Part shown: positions 12,893 through 26,381 of the stretch, piece after piece | Numbering within the stretch: the first letter of the stretch is position 1 | Layout: the number at the start of each line of letters is the position of its first letter | Source: Bilabrum cf. latius | Lineage: Eukaryota | DNA length: 64,000 nucleotides | Assembly (NCBI GenBank): GCA_965178125.1 | Contig: OZ237757.1 | Coordinates: forward strand, 868,001-932,000 | Direction of reading: 5' to 3' | Position numbers and translations under genes: made by a program | Notes under the pieces: generated by a model | What the model was told of the DNA's origin: nothing | The model's input: only the letters and a program-made list of their open reading frames with translations | Database searches by the model: none

Positions 12893-13249
12893 TCAAGAGC
12901 CCGCGCCAGAAGCTGCACCAACTCTCGGGTTGTTTCGCAGCAGCCACTCCCCCAGCAACCGCACAGGGTCCAGCTCTGGCGCCATTGGTACAGACTCATC
13001 AACCACTCGCACATCCCCTTTTGCAGCGCGATTGGAGACGGTACCGAAGCCCCTCGCCTCACCGCCAGGTCGCTCCGCTGCAGTCACGTTTTCTTCAAAT
13101 GCCCCAGCTCCCGGCACAACCCCGGCGGATTCGCATGTCTTGCCTACGGCTTCCAGACCCCTCTCTAGCAATGGGAGCAGCTCCTTGAACTCCTTGCTAT
13201 CCAGGACTTCTTTCGGGAGAGTTGGCCCTTTCGTCTCGCTGCTTGCCAT
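12893..13249 (-). CDS. Small protein with a Dpy-30/RIIa-like dimerisation-docking motif
   Basis: 118-aa ORF with LLPLLERGL...DPVRLLGEWLLRNNP, resembling a split Dpy-30-like motif. TGA stop. Confidence 0.55.
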   Translation of the reverse strand: MASSETKGPTLPKEVLDSKEFKELLPLLERGLEAVGKTCESAGVVPGAGAFEENVTAAERPGGEARGFGTVSNRAAKGDVRVVDESVPMAPELDPVRLLGEWLLRNNPRVGAASGAGS

Positions 13250-13677
13250 GGGCACGATGCTGGGATATGCGGCTATAGCCCGTGCTGTGATCAAATCCAC
13301 TGTATTCTGCGACGCAATGCCTGCCAGTTAGTTTCGGAGGACGATTGCCGTTGGGAAACGCGGCTCGAAATGTGCTGTCCGTTCGCTCGTCGGCGGTCGC
13401 AACGGGTGAGCATGATGATGACGAGCATCAACCTCTGGTCGCTCTCATCATCATCACAGCATGCGAGCCAATGCCACGGCATAACGCACTAGATTTCGCG
13501 ATTCCGATTCATTCGTAGGGGGCAGCCGCACTCAACTAGATCTGTGCAGCGAGTGAGCAGCACATTGCCCCCCGCACCTAGCAAGCAAGCTCGCAAGTTC
13601 ATTCACCCCTCTTCTCCCCCCCCACCCCCCCCTTCCTCCCCCCTCACCCCCCAACACCCCACAACCCTCTCGGCTCC

Positions 13678-15267
13678 TCACAGCTCCAGCAGCAGCCTCG
13701 CCGGGTCTGAGATCTTGTCCGAGACAGACTTGAGGAAGGTCACCGCCTCCCGGCCGTCGATCAGCCGGTGGTCGTAGGTCAGCGCCAGATACATCATGGG
13801 CCGGATCTCCACCTTGCCGTCCACGACCACGGGCCGGGGCTTGGTGGCGTGCATGCCCAGGATGGCGCTCTGGGGGTAGTTGAGGATGGGGGTCCCCATG
13901 AGGGACCCGAACACGCCCCCGTTGGAGATGGTGAAGGAGCCCCCCGCCATGTCCTCCAGCGCGATGTTGTCCTCACGGGCCTTGGCCGCCAGTCCGGCAA
14001 GGGTGCCCTCCACCTCGGCGAAGCTCATCTTCTCGGCGTTCCGGATGACGGGGACCACCAGCCCGCGGGGGGAGGCCACTGCCACGCTCACGTCGCAGTA
14101 GTTGCGGTGCACGATGTCGCCCCCGTCGATGTACGCGTTCACCGCGGGGTTCTCCAGGAGAGCCTGGGTGCTGGCCTTGATGAAGGCACTCATGAAGCCA
14201 AGCCTGACCCCGTGCTTCTTCTCGAACTCCTCCTTGTGCTTCTTCCGCAGGTCGATCAGGGCGCCCATGTCGCACTCCTGAAACGTGGTCAGCATCGCCG
14301 CAGTGTTCTGCGCGTCCTTCAGGCGCTCTGCGATCCGGAGCCGCATTCGAGACATCTTCACGCGGGACTCCTCACGGTCACCGGAGGCGGCCGCGGCCGC
14401 GGGGGCGGGGCTTGGGCTTGGGGCGGGGGCCGGGGCAGGGGCAGGGGACGGGCTTGGAGCCGGGGCCGGGGCGGGCGCGGGGGATTTGCCCTCGTCCTTG
14501 TTGTCCTTCTCGCCCTCGGAGGATGACGCGGGCGCCGGGCTGGGAGCTGGGGCACTGCCCCCCTCGGGTGCCTGTGCCCCCGTGTTGATCCTGACGAGTG
14601 GGGCGCCCACCTCCACGGTGTCGTTGAGGCCCGCGAGGTGCTCAGTGACCTCGCCCGCCGCCTCCGCCCTGACCTCGACCGTGACCTTGTCGGTCTCCAG
14701 GATGACGAGGACCTCGTCCTGCTCGACGTAGTCGCCTACCTCCTTGCTCCACTCCACCAGCGTGCCCTCTGTGATCGAGTCGCCCATGGACGGGACGTTC
14801 ATCGTCGTTTCCTCGCCGGCAGCGGCGGCGGCTGACAGCCACCTAGGTGCAGAGCCAAATTCTGAGCTAGCGCGCAAAGATGCGCCCGACGATTCGATTG
14901 CAACTGCACCTCGGCCCCATGTGGATCTAGACACTGACACAATGCCGCGGGCGCCCGCAAATGCGCCGTTGCTCTGCCTGCACAGCCTCTGCGATGACGG
15001 GCGACTGGGTGACGCATCAGACAAATGATGGAAGCCGCGACTCAGAGAATTCTGAGACTTCGGTATTTGTGCATTGCTAGCGTAACGGGGAATGTGTTTT
15101 GCCGAAACAGATACCCTGGTCTGCCAACAAACACGCGAAGAGAGGATGGTGCTGACGAGCACATATTCTCGAATCTCCCGTCACGAATCGCATTTGCGGA
15201 TCGGCATCGTATTACATGGACTCACAGCACATGATTGGCCCGCACGCCTAGCAAATCTTCTCATCAT
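13678..15267 (-). CDS. DLST: Dihydrolipoamide succinyltransferase (2-oxoglutarate dehydrogenase E2), mitochondrial
   Basis: Lipoyl domain ([11 protein letters not shown]...ETDKV), Pro/Ala linker and catalytic domain ([26 protein letters not shown]). Exon 1 15226-15267 ([14 protein letters not shown], presequence-like), intron 15121-15225, exon 2 13678-15120, TGA stop. Confidence 0.96.
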
Positions 15268-15757
15268 TGTATCGGCAGTCTTTGTTCACGGCCCGCGGCG
15301 CTTCTTCTCGGCGGAGCGGAACATCTGGGGTCGCCGCGCAATGTGCAAAGTTGCGTAATGTTTGAACAAAACAAGAACAACGGCAAACTGCGCGCTCGCC
15401 TCCACTACCGCGAACAAGGTCCCGGTTCATTCGTGTCCTCGTGGTTCTGCACGATATAAGGATTTAATTAAGCGATTCAATCACGAGTCAAGCACCATTC
15501 AGCCTCAAGCATTGCTATTCGAGTCGAACCAGCATTGCTGTGTCAGCTGCGGCAGCGTTTCATCCCAACTCTCGTCTGATTTCGAGAACCTGACCTGTTG
15601 CTCAAAGTGAACAACCAAGTGATACTGCAACGGCTTGTTTGCATTGCTCGGATATCATCATACTAGCGGGGCTGTCCATACAAAGCTCATTTGAGCTTCA
15701 TTGGTTTGCAACGACTATATTGCGCTCAAGCCAGAGGCCGCGTGAACAAGTCAGACC

Positions 15758-18700
15758 ATGATCCGGCAGCTCGAGGAACGGCGTAGGCGTGAGGCAGCGG
15801 CTAGGAGGGTTGCTCGCGATCGCAACTTGCAGCGCACAAAGCAGGTCGTCAACTACAAGGCGCAGTCGGAACAAACGCCGCTCGCGGGTATCATGTCCCG
15901 GGGCGCCTCCATGAACGCAAGCAAGGACGGCATGCCAGAGTCCCCGCTCGTAAATCAGAATGACGGCGATTCCAAGCAGACCCCGGTCGGCGCGGGGGGG
16001 TCGGGCTTGCTGAGGGAGCAGTCTCCCTCCGCTCCGCCAGGCGACTCGCCTTCCAGCGCGCTTCAGATGGCCTCCCAGCACGAGCTGGATGACAACGAGC
16101 CGAAAGGCAGGTGGGCCAACCTGAGGAGGCTCACACTGTCCAACAACCTGGCTGCCTCTGTGAGGGGCCGTGACTATGCCAAGGCGAAGGAGGAGGAGCA
16201 GAAGAGCATCAACAGGCACATCAGCGAGCTGGAGAAGCAGGAAGAGCTCATGAAGCAGTCGAGGGACTGCCTCATACAGTCAGACAATCATGTTGCCCTT
16301 CAGTACTGGGACCTGTTCGTGGGCTTCCTCATCTGCTACTCGTGAGGTCTGTCTGCGCTTGATCTCCGCCGCCATGCAGCACGCGCGCATGCATGCGTGT
16401 GAAAGACGCCTCGCAAGTTCGAATTGATCGTCCCAGTTGCATCAAGCGCTTAAAAACACCGCAGCATCCTTGTGATTCCGTTCCGCCTCGGATTCGACCT
16501 AGACCCCGAGGGGGCATGGTTCTGGCTCGAGGTGGGATTCATGGACAGCCTCTTCCTGGTCGACATCATCAAAAATGTCTTCACCACGCAGCGTAAGGTA
16601 TTGTTTGTTTTGGATCCTTATTGTGCGCAACTCCAGCGCTGCAAGCGACTTTGATCCGCGGTGTCAGCAGGTGCATGCAAGCTTCAGCGCAATCTGTAGT
16701 GCACATTGACCAATTCTCGCGAGCCCTGCCACGCCTCCGTTCCTATTGCGCAGCGCACACTTCAGAAGAGGATCGGCCCGAGACAGTAGGGCAGAATCTG
16801 TGCATCTACGCCAAGTCGTGGATGCTCATCGACGTCCTGTCCACCGTGCCATTCGACCGTGAGAGGCGGCAGGTGCTCATCTTGCGTGCCACCCACACGG
16901 AAAGCAGAATGATAACTTAAACTCACGTACGACCCATTGATGTCCAACCCTTTCCTTCAATTCCGTTCCGACACTTGCAGTTCTCGCGCTCGCGTTCGTC
17001 GGGGCAGGTGCCTCGCTGCGCGGGCTGAAGCTGGTCCGGACTCTACGACTCACCCGGCTGCTCAAGCTCGCAAGGATTCTGAAGCTGATGCGCCTCAACA
17101 TATTTTCCGTGAGCAGCCGCGCTAGTTGAAGGGCGTTCCAATAGTGCACTGCAGTTGCGGTTGTTTGCGCGAGGCATACGTTGCTCACACACCTGCTGTC
17201 TGCCTGCCTTGCCATGTGTCGCAGCCGGCCACCATGGCTTTTAACCAAGCCTTCTTTCGCGTAGCCAAGACGGTTATAGTTATTCTAGTAGGAGCGCACG
17301 TGTTGACATGTCTCTGGCACTACCAAACGATCCTGGGCGACGTGGGAAGGGAGTCGGCTGACGGCACGGACATTCCAGCGAACTGGCTCATCAACGTGGC
17401 AGATGAAATTTAGTTTGATATCTCTACGGATCGGGTGGGCAACCGGTACCTGCTCACCGTTTACTTTGTTGTAGCAACAATGGTTGCAGTTGGGTTCGGC
17501 GACGTCCATCCTGTCACCACGGAAGAGAGGGTGCTGGCCATGTTTACAATGCTGATGGGCGCGTCTTTCTTTGGGCTGATCGTAGCCAACGTGTCTTCGT
17601 TGCTAGAGACGGTGAACGCCCGCTCGTACGCGCTGCAGCGCAGGCTCGACGAGGTGCGTGAGTACATGATGGATCGCAAGCTGCCAATGTCGTTGCAGAA
17701 GCGCATCACGCAGTACTACAGGTACTATTACAGCCAAAAGTCGCTGTTCAACGAGTCTGACGTGCTGAACGGCCTGAGCAAGCCGCTGCGTAACCAGATC
17801 GTGAAGCACTCGATGAACAAGGTGGTGCGCTCCATGCGGCTCTTCAAGGACGAGGACCCCTCCGTGCTCGCCGCGGTGGTCACCAAAATGAAGCCGCTGC
17901 TGCACTTGCCCCTGGACGTGGTGGCGGAGGAGGGCAGCGTGGGTAAGGAGATGTTTTTCCTCATCAAGGGCGCCGTGGACGTCATCGTGGAGATCCCGCG
18001 GCGCATCATCGTGGCGAGCCAGAGGAGGGGCTCGCTGCAGAGCGTGGAAGTGGTGAGGAAAGCGGCCATGAAGGACGTGGTGCGGGACCCTGGGATCATC
18101 CTGCGGCGGGGTAGCGTGGGTGACACGGCAGCAGGATCGGAGTACTATGGGAAGGTGGACGCTGCGGAGGCCTCCGGGGCGGGGGCCAGCGAGAGCAAGC
18201 GGGAGATGAGGGGGGGCCCGAGGGGCAAGAACAGAAGCAAGAGCAGGAGCAGGAGCGGGAGCGGGGGCAGGAAGAGTAGCCGCCGGGTGTACATCCGCAA
18301 CAAGATGAAGAGCATGAAGGACCTGGTGGAGGCACAGCGCCTCAGGGAGCTGGGGCACGCGGTGGACCTCCCGTCTCTGCTGCTGGGCATCTACACCACG
18401 GGCCACCACTTCGGCGACGTTGGGGTGCTCCTGAACAGGAGAAGGCCCGTGGGTTACAGGTCCTCTGCCGTGTGCAACATGCAGGCCATCAGCAAGCGGG
18501 ACCTGGAGATCTTGCTCTTCGACTTCCCCGAGCTGGCCTCCAAGATGAGGGCACTGGCGGTCAACAGGTACAAGGCATTCATGGCACTTAAGAGGAGGAT
18601 GTTCAGGAGGGTGCTGCGCAAGGGGGTCCGCAGGCAGTCCCAGCACCTCCCGCACGTCAGAAACGCCAACGAGGCGGCCATCCGGCTCATGGAGCAGCCC

Positions 18701-21700
18701 TCGCCGCAGGCGGCAGAGGATGGCGCAGGTGCTGGTGCAGGTGGGACCGTAGGGACACGTAGAGGGGCCGGCTCACCTGGAGGCTCCGAGGCCAGTGGGA
18801 GCGGCTCTCGCGATGCTTCTGCTGGAGAACAGGCGGACTCGTTCGGGGGCGCCCCGGAAGTGGGGGAGGCCGGGGATAAGGAGAAGGAGAGGAGGACGAG
18901 GAACAGGAACAGGAACAGGAGCAAGCTCGGTAAGGCTAGCTCGCCCGGCGGCCTGGGGCACTCGGCAGCGGGCGAGGGCGGACAGGGCCAGGGCCAGGGG
19001 GGCGGGCCAGGGGACAGCACGAAGCGGGGGGTTGGGACGCATAATGGGACCGAGCGGAAGGAGGATGAGTAGCAATAGGGAGGCGACGAAGAGGAGGACG
19101 AGGAGGACAAGATCGAGAGGCAGGCCAGCGCGAAGAGGAGGAAGCAGGCTGTCGACCGCATGGCCAAAGAGGCGGCCAAGCACGTTTGGAGGGCGCCGAG
19201 TGGGGCGGTGGCGGGGGGCCAGCCCAAGATCGTGCTGCTGCCGGGGGCGGATGACGACGAGGAGGACGAGGACGAGGACGACAGCATGCTGTTCCCCCAG
19301 GCTGGTGTGGGTTTGAACCCTGCAGGCATGGCGGCGGGCGCGTCGGTGGCTGGCGGCGGCGTTCACGGGGCTCTGCTGGAGGAGGACGAGGAGGGGATGG
19401 AGAGGCTGGTGGACGAGGTGATCGAGGAGGACGAGATGGAGTCCATGGGCGGGTCACGGGGGAGGCGCGGGGGTATGCTGGGCCCTGGGGGGGTGGAGGA
19501 CGAGGACGAGGATGGGGGCCTCGGAGGCAGCATGCACAGCACGGGGAATGCCGTGCTCCGTGGCCTGGGCCTGTCTGACATGATCAGGACCGAGCCGGAC
19601 GCGGGGAGCAGCGTGGACCTGTACGGGAAGAGCCCAATGGAAGCAGTGGGAGGCGGGGACTCGGCGTCGTTCAGGTCCCTGGACGGACCCTTCTCGCCCC
19701 ATTCCCACGGACAGGGACAGGGACAGGGGAGGGAGAGGGAGAGGCGGAGGGGTGGCGGCGCGGAGTGGAGGCCCAGGAGCCCGGAGCACGAGGCCGAGGT
19801 CTTCGCGAGGCTGCACGGCATGTCGCAGATGCCGCCCGCCCAGTCACCGGGGGACGGGGGGAGGGAGAGGGCGGGGCGCAGGGGCAGGCGCCAGCGGGGC
19901 AGCAAGCCGAGGCACAGGCGCCGAAGCTTCGGCGCCGGCTCGCCGCTGGGCAGGAGTGTACCCCCCGGGACGCCACACTCGTCATCATTTTCCTTCTCGC
20001 AGCCGTCGACGCCCGGGGCGGAGGCAAAGGAGGCCAAGGACCGGGCGGACACGGAGCCGCACGCGGGCTGGTCGGGGCAGAGGGAGAGGCGGGGGAGCGC
20101 GCTGGCCTACGCCATGCGCGGGAACGCCACTGCGGCAGCGCGGGCCGCTGCCGCCGGGGCGGGCGTTGACCTGGGGCCCGTGCCGGGGTTCGAGACTGGC
20201 GAGTCGGTGACCACTGCGGATGCGGACGCGGGCTTGGCTGCTGCGGTTGAGGTCGGTGGAGGAGGAGGGGGAGGGGGCGGTGTTGTTCAAGATGGGTCGA
20301 TGGAGGTAAAGGGGTGGAGGGGGGCCTTACCGGTGGACGAGCGCGAGCCAGCGGAGGGGCCAGTGGGACCGGTGCGCCGGGGCAGTGCAGGTGCCATGAT
20401 CCAGTCGCGGGGGCAGCCCCTCGGCGCCGTGCCAGAGGCGTACGAGAAGGAGGAGGAGGAGGCGGAGAAGTCCAGGGGAGTGGGCAATGGCATCAGCAGG
20501 GGCAGGGGCGGAGACACGAACGCGATTGCCGACTCGTCTTCTGTGCTCACTGAGGCGTCCTCGATGGAGCTAGGGAGCGTGGAGCTCGGGCGAGAGCAGG
20601 GGGCGGCTGGGGCAGCCGGGGCTGGGTCGGGGCCCAGGGAACAAGGAGCGGTGCAAGGCAGTGACCCGGCGGAGGAGGAGGAGGCCAAAGCCAGCGAGCG
20701 CTACCGCGACATGAGCCAGATGTGGCGGGCCTCGAGGCAGCAGATGGGCCGCGTGCTGGCCAGCGGGACGCTCATCATGCTCAATGACAGGCTGGTGAGG
20801 GAGCGGGACCTCCCCGCGGGTGTGGTGGTGAGCGCCTCGGATGACGGGTCCACGCTGCACCGCACCATCCGTGAGGTGGACCTGCAGGTGATCAACGAGG
20901 CACTGCGGCATGGGAGGGGCGACGACTCGGGGGTGCTCCGGGGGCTCTCCCACGTGTGGATGGGTGTGCCCCAGGGGTCCTGCGCGGGATCCTGCTTCTG
21001 CTGCTGCTGCTTCCCCCGGGGCTGCCAGGGGTTCAGGCGCGAGTGGAAGCTCATGTGCTGGCCCGCCTGCCTGTCCATGCCGGCGGACGCGCCCTCGCTC
21101 AAGCACGTGATCAGGCAGGAGCCTGGGGACGACCTGCCGCTGCCCGTGGTGAGAGGGGGAGAGGTGCAGGGGCAAGGGCAGGAGCAGGCCCGGGGGCAGG
21201 GGCAGGGCGAGGGCGTGGTTGCTCCAGTCCCGAAGAAGAGAAGGAGCAGCCTTACGGGGGCTTTGGACGTGGTGGAAGATGCCACCGCAGCAGGCGCGGT
21301 CCACACTCGCCAGGAGCAGCAGCAGCACTGCCTGGCTGCTGTGGCCCGTGCCACCGGGGCGACCGCTTCCCCCGCAGCCGTGAGCGTGCCCATCGACCGT
21401 TTGGACGAGGTGGAGCAGCAGAGCGCGGGGCGGCCGCGTGAATCTCAGGTTGCTCCCGCGGCTGCGGCTGCTCTGCCTTCGCGCGCCGGGGACGCTGCCG
21501 CTGCCGCTGAGCAGGAGGATGCCAACACGTCTTCAGCTGCCGCTGTTGTTGCTGCTGCTGATGCCGCTGATGCTGCGGCGATGGGTGCCGAGGTGGTGCT
21601 GACCAGCGGCAGCAGCTCGGCAAGCCCCGGGCCAACAGACGGGAGGACTGGCACGGTGGACATGCTGGGCATGCGGGAGGTGGGGGTGAGAGGGGGAGGG

Positions 21701-24700
21701 GGGGTACGGAGGGGGGCCAGCGGAGGGGGGAGTACAGGGAACAAAACCGGCTGGTCTGCTGGGAGGAGTGGCGGTCGGCGCCGAGGGTCCAGTGGGAGCA
21801 AGCGCAGAAGCAGCAGAAGCAGTGGCGGGCCCTCCGTGCCCAAGTCGGACACCCCCCTGCACATGGGCATGCTGGTGCGCATCCACAGCCTGCAGACGAT
21901 CAACTCGACTGTTTACCCCTCCAACGGGCACGGGAACACCCGGCGCAGCGTGGGCACGGTGCAGGGCACCGAGACTTCGATCGAGGTGACGAGGACGGAT
22001 TCGAGCGGGGCGCTGGTGAATGCTGTGTCCCGGCGGGCGGGCGGGCGGGAGAGCGAGTCAGAGTCAAAATAGAGCAGTGGTAGGGGCAGGGGCAGGGCGC
22101 CCATGCTGGGCAAGGAACAAGAACAGGAACAGCGGCAGGCGGGAGCGATAGAGCCGAGCATGTCTCGGCGCGACCTGGCCATCGCCCGCATCCGGCAGGC
22201 CAGCGCCAGGTCACTCGGCGGCGGAATTGGGGCGGGCGCGTCGAGCCGGAAGAAGAGGAAGACTGTTCCCTCAGGAGGAGGAGGAGGAGGAGGCGGTGCC
22301 GCCACTGCCCCTGCCAAGGGCGCATCAAGCTCGGACCAGTACCGCTCGCTGCCCGAGCAGACGGCTGACGCCGTGCTTGCGGACGGGCTGGAGGACGACA
22401 TGGAGGTGTTGGGCAGGCACGTGCTGCTGGAGAGCTTCGAGAGCGAGGAGCAGCTCATGGGGCGCTGCGTGGTGCATCCCTCTGGGTGGATCAGGAGGTA
22501 CTGGGCCATCGTAATGCTGCTGCTCATCTTCGTGACGGCCATCCAGGTGCCTCTCGTGATCGGGTTCTCGGTGGGCAGCAGCGTGCCCATCACCACATTC
22601 GAAGGGGTCGTGGACGTGCTCTTCGCGGCCGACCTTTTGCTCTCCTTCAGGACGGCCTTCTTCTCGGAGGAGCACGACGCCGTGGTGGCTGTTCCCTGGA
22701 TGATAGGGAACAAGTATCTGCGGACGGACTTTCTGATCGACCTCGTGTCCACAGTGCCCATCGACCAGATCGTGGACGCGAGCATCGGCGGGGGAGGATC
22801 CGCCTACCGCTCGCTGAGGCTGCTGCGGTCCGTGCGCCTCATCCGCCTGCTGCGGCTGCTGAAGCTGTTCCGGTTCTTCCGGCTGCGGCGCATCAGCAAC
22901 AACATCACCTTTGACCTATCCCTGCCCCCCGCACTGGTGCGCATCTCCGTTCTCCTCTTTCAGGTGCTCATGGTCTCGCACTTCATCGCGTGCGCGCTCT
23001 TCTACTCGTCGCACGTGACGGCGCCCATGGACGCGTTCCATAGGAGCGAGGGGGGCCTTCAGGTGAAATTCCACGACCACTAGCCCGAGCCCTTGCAGGG
23101 GGATTTGCTTGCGGGCAACGACACGCTGGCCGGGGTTGGGCTGGGGATGGGCAACGACACGTCCGGGGCCGGCAATGCGACTGTTCTGGACCCGACGTAC
23201 GCCGAGCGGTGGTGGACTTGGAATACGGAGCCCACCCTCGGAGACCAGTACGTGGCAAGCCTCTACTGGGCGCTGACCACCATGACCACCGTGGGGTACG
23301 GTGACCTGACTGGCATCACCCTGCCCGAGCTGGTGGCCAGCACGGTGGCGATGCTCGTTGGAGCCACGACCTTCGGGTACATCATCGGGAGCATCTCGGG
23401 GCTGGTGACCCGCATCAACGCGTCGGGGGCGCGCTTCGCCGAGAAGATCGAGGAGGTGACCGAGTACCTCAAGGACAGGCGGGTGCCGGCCAAGCTGAGC
23501 GAGGCTGTGATCGAGTACTACCAGTACTACCTGGCGAGGAAGAGCGCCTTCGACGAGGACCTCATCCTGGAGGAGCTCAGCGACAATCTGAGGAGGGACG
23601 TGGTGCTCTTCCTCAACAAGGACATCATCAAGAGGGTGCCCTACTTCATGCACAAGGACCCCGAGTTCGTCTCGCACGTGGTCTCCCTTCTCAAGCCGCA
23701 GTACTACTACCCGGACACGTACCTCTACAAGGAGGGGGAGATCGCCCTGGAGATGTTCTTCCTGGTCAAAGGGAGGGTGGCCATCGTCAGCGAAACGGCG
23801 GGGGATGCGCCCGTCATCCCCGAGTAGGGGGAGCCGGACCGTTTTCCGGACGAGGAGGACGAGGCGTGGACGCCCGAGGAGCAGGTGCTGGCCACCCTCG
23901 AATCGGGATCTTACTTTGGGGAGCTGGCGCTGCTGCTGGGGGTGCGCCGGTCCTCCTCTGCCAAGGCCACGTCCAGCTGCAACCTCTTCGTGCTGACCAA
24001 GGACGACATCCGGACCACCATCGCGTACTACCCCGCGCTCGCGGCCAAGATGGAGGAGTCCCTCCGGGAGACGATAGGACGGCTCGGCAGGATCGGGCCC
24101 TCGGGCCGGCTGGAGAAGAAGCAGGCGGGCAACATCCTGGCGCAGACGTTCTTGCGGTCTCTCAAGAAGAAGGGCAAAAGCAACGCCAATTCCAACGGCG
24201 ATGGCAATGGCGATGGCGCCGGTGCTGGCGGTCCCGGAGCGGCGGATGGTGGCCCGAGCGCGGGTGTCGCAGCGGGCCCGACTGCTGCACCGCTGGCGGT
24301 TCCCATTGCATCGGTTGTGGATGCGGATGCGGCAGAGGAGGCCACGTCACCGCGCACTGCGAGCTGGAGGCCGTTTCAGGGGCAGGCAGGGCCGGGGCCA
24401 GACCGTGGGGCAGACCAGTTGGATGGGGAAGAAGATAGGGAGATCGCGAGGGCTGCAGCGCCGGAGGGTGCGGACGGCTCGTAGGGCGTGCCGCTTGGTG
24501 CGGGTGTCGGTGTCGGTGTCGGGAGCACTGGCAGTGCCTAGGACGCCTCCTCGCCGAGCCAGGAACACTAGCAGGATCAGAACGATGAGAATGAGAATGA
24601 GAATGAGAATGAGAATGAGGAGGACGTTGGATCCACCTAGGCCCCTGTCACCGCAGTGGTCCCCGGCGAGGCGGGCCCAGAGGTCGAGGGGGGAGCAGTC

Positions 24701-25003
24701 GGCAAGGGCACAGTAGGTGCTGCAGATCTCGTGGATGGTGGCTAGAGTCGCGCTCATACGGACGAGGGCAGACCTGAGGGGCTGCTGGAGGGGCATGCGG
24801 GAGCCAGCCATGGGGTGGAGGAGGAGGAGGAGGAGGAGGAGGCTGTGGAAGACAGTCCAATGTCTCAGCTGCCTGGGGCGGTGGACGGACCGCCCGCGCC
24901 GGTTGGGTATGGACGAGGGGCAAGCCAAGGCTCGGCGGCAGTGGCAGGGGCAGAGGTGTAGACTGGCTGCGACGACGTCGATGGGGGTCATCCGGCAGAT
25001 TGA
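15758..25003 (+). CDS. Cyclic-nucleotide-binding-domain (HCN/EAG/CNG-like) channel with two tandem 6TM-pore-CNBD modules (~2907 aa)
   Basis: Exons 15758-16341, 16465-16592, 16754-16858, 16981-17108 and 17225-25003 splice in consistent phase. Two S4 segments (RTLRLTRLLKLAR; RLLRSVRLIRLLRLLK), two pores (TMVAVGFGD; TMTTVGYGD), two C-linker/CNBDs (FGDVGVL; FGELALL). Last exon has 12 in-frame TAGs and ends at TGA 25001-25003. Confidence 0.85.
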
Positions 25004-25334
25004 ATCGCGGTCTTGACTTGACTGGCTTGGCATAGTTTTCCGCATCATGTGCCATACAAGCAAGGAATAAATAATACATGGCAGTGGCAGCGCACAGCAC
25101 AATACACGCCAGGCACAGCTCACTTGGTCCGTGGAGGACGTGGACATGGATAGGTCAGCGGCATGCAACTCTCAGCGGACAGAGACCAGACAGAACGAAG
25201 GGGCGAGAAAGAGTCACCCACAGAGAGGACAATCCCTGCCCCCATCCGGTCGCCGACCGCTGGCCGTGGCTTGCCGCCGCACCAGCCAATTCCCCTGCCT
25301 CTGCCTCGTGCGCTCCATGTCTACATCAGCCCGA

Positions 25335-26110
25335 TCAGCTATTCTTCTTCTTGTCGCCGCCCAGGAACAGCCAGTAGAGCACAAACAGGTCGATGACAAA
25401 CAACAGCCCGATCGCGATCCAAAGGAGCAGCCGATTGCAGCAGCCCGTACATAGCATCTGCAGGAGGCGCTCCCTCGCCTGCCCGGTGAGCCCGATGACG
25501 TCCTCCGAGGCCTCGTTTGCTCGCTCCAAGGACTGGTTCTGGTCTTGCAAGCGGGCAGTCGTCGCCGTTCCGAGCTCTTTCGTGCTGTTCATTAGGGACA
25601 TTGTTTCGTGAAGTCTAGCGGTGCCTCGGTCAAGGGATGCATCGGCATCCCCCTGTCGTCGTCGCTTCTCTCGGTCCGCCTTGCTGGCGTCGTCTCCTAG
25701 CAAGGCTTTTCGGTCGGCTATCTCGGCATTTTTCTGAAATGTGCGCCGGTTTTGATCGATTTCATTCTAGTGCCTATCCATTTTCTGGCGGAGCTATCTT
25801 CTTTGCCTCGTGCTAACGCTGTTGATTACGTCTCGCATCTCGCTAATAGCTGCACTTGCGCCCCTTTCCGCTTGAGTAAACTCCGTACGAATCTTTGATA
25901 GTTCACCTGATTCACTTACTGTCTGCGAAACAACTTCAAATGCGTGCACGGCTGCCAGGCAGGTTGCAACGATTGTAAGCAAGTCGGCAATGCATGCAGC
26001 AGCAGGATACTTACGCGTAAATCAGAGATCAGACGCGCCATTGTGGCACAGTGTCTATCAACTGTCTTGTCAAGGTCATCAAATTCTGTCATCGGCGATA
26101 CGCCCGCCAT
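25335..26110 (-). CDS. Qb-SNARE, VTI1-like
   Basis: Habc-like N-terminus, SNARE motif (LHETMSLMNSTKELG...LQDQNQSL) and C-terminal TM segment. Exon 1 26015-26110, intron 25923-26014, exon 2 25335-25922. In-frame TAG at 25794 and 25767. TGA stop. Confidence 0.75.
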
Positions 26111-26381
26111 GGAACCACACTTTGCAGACCCAACAAAACACTCGAGCAAGATTTTTTTGGCTATGAAAAGTGCACGCCACCTCCAAACGACGTTCCCGGG
26201 CGCTGCGCGGAAAGGCGCTGCAAGACAGTCTGCGGCATGGGGGATTCAAGCAAAATTCGTAAATATCGGTGCCTCACACGCGAACATGGCATGCGGGCAT
26301 TGAAATGCTGATTCTTAATTGCCTCGCAACACGCCACTGCCAGGCCGAGTCCTGCCCTCCTCTTCCCCCATCGCACCCCGC

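Noticed and set aside
9159-12947. 1262-aa minus-strand ORF and similar long antisense or alternative-frame ORFs (e.g. 2865-4718, 34839-36275, 51676-53184)
   Set aside because: These are shadow ORFs produced by the high-GC codon bias of real genes on the opposite strand.
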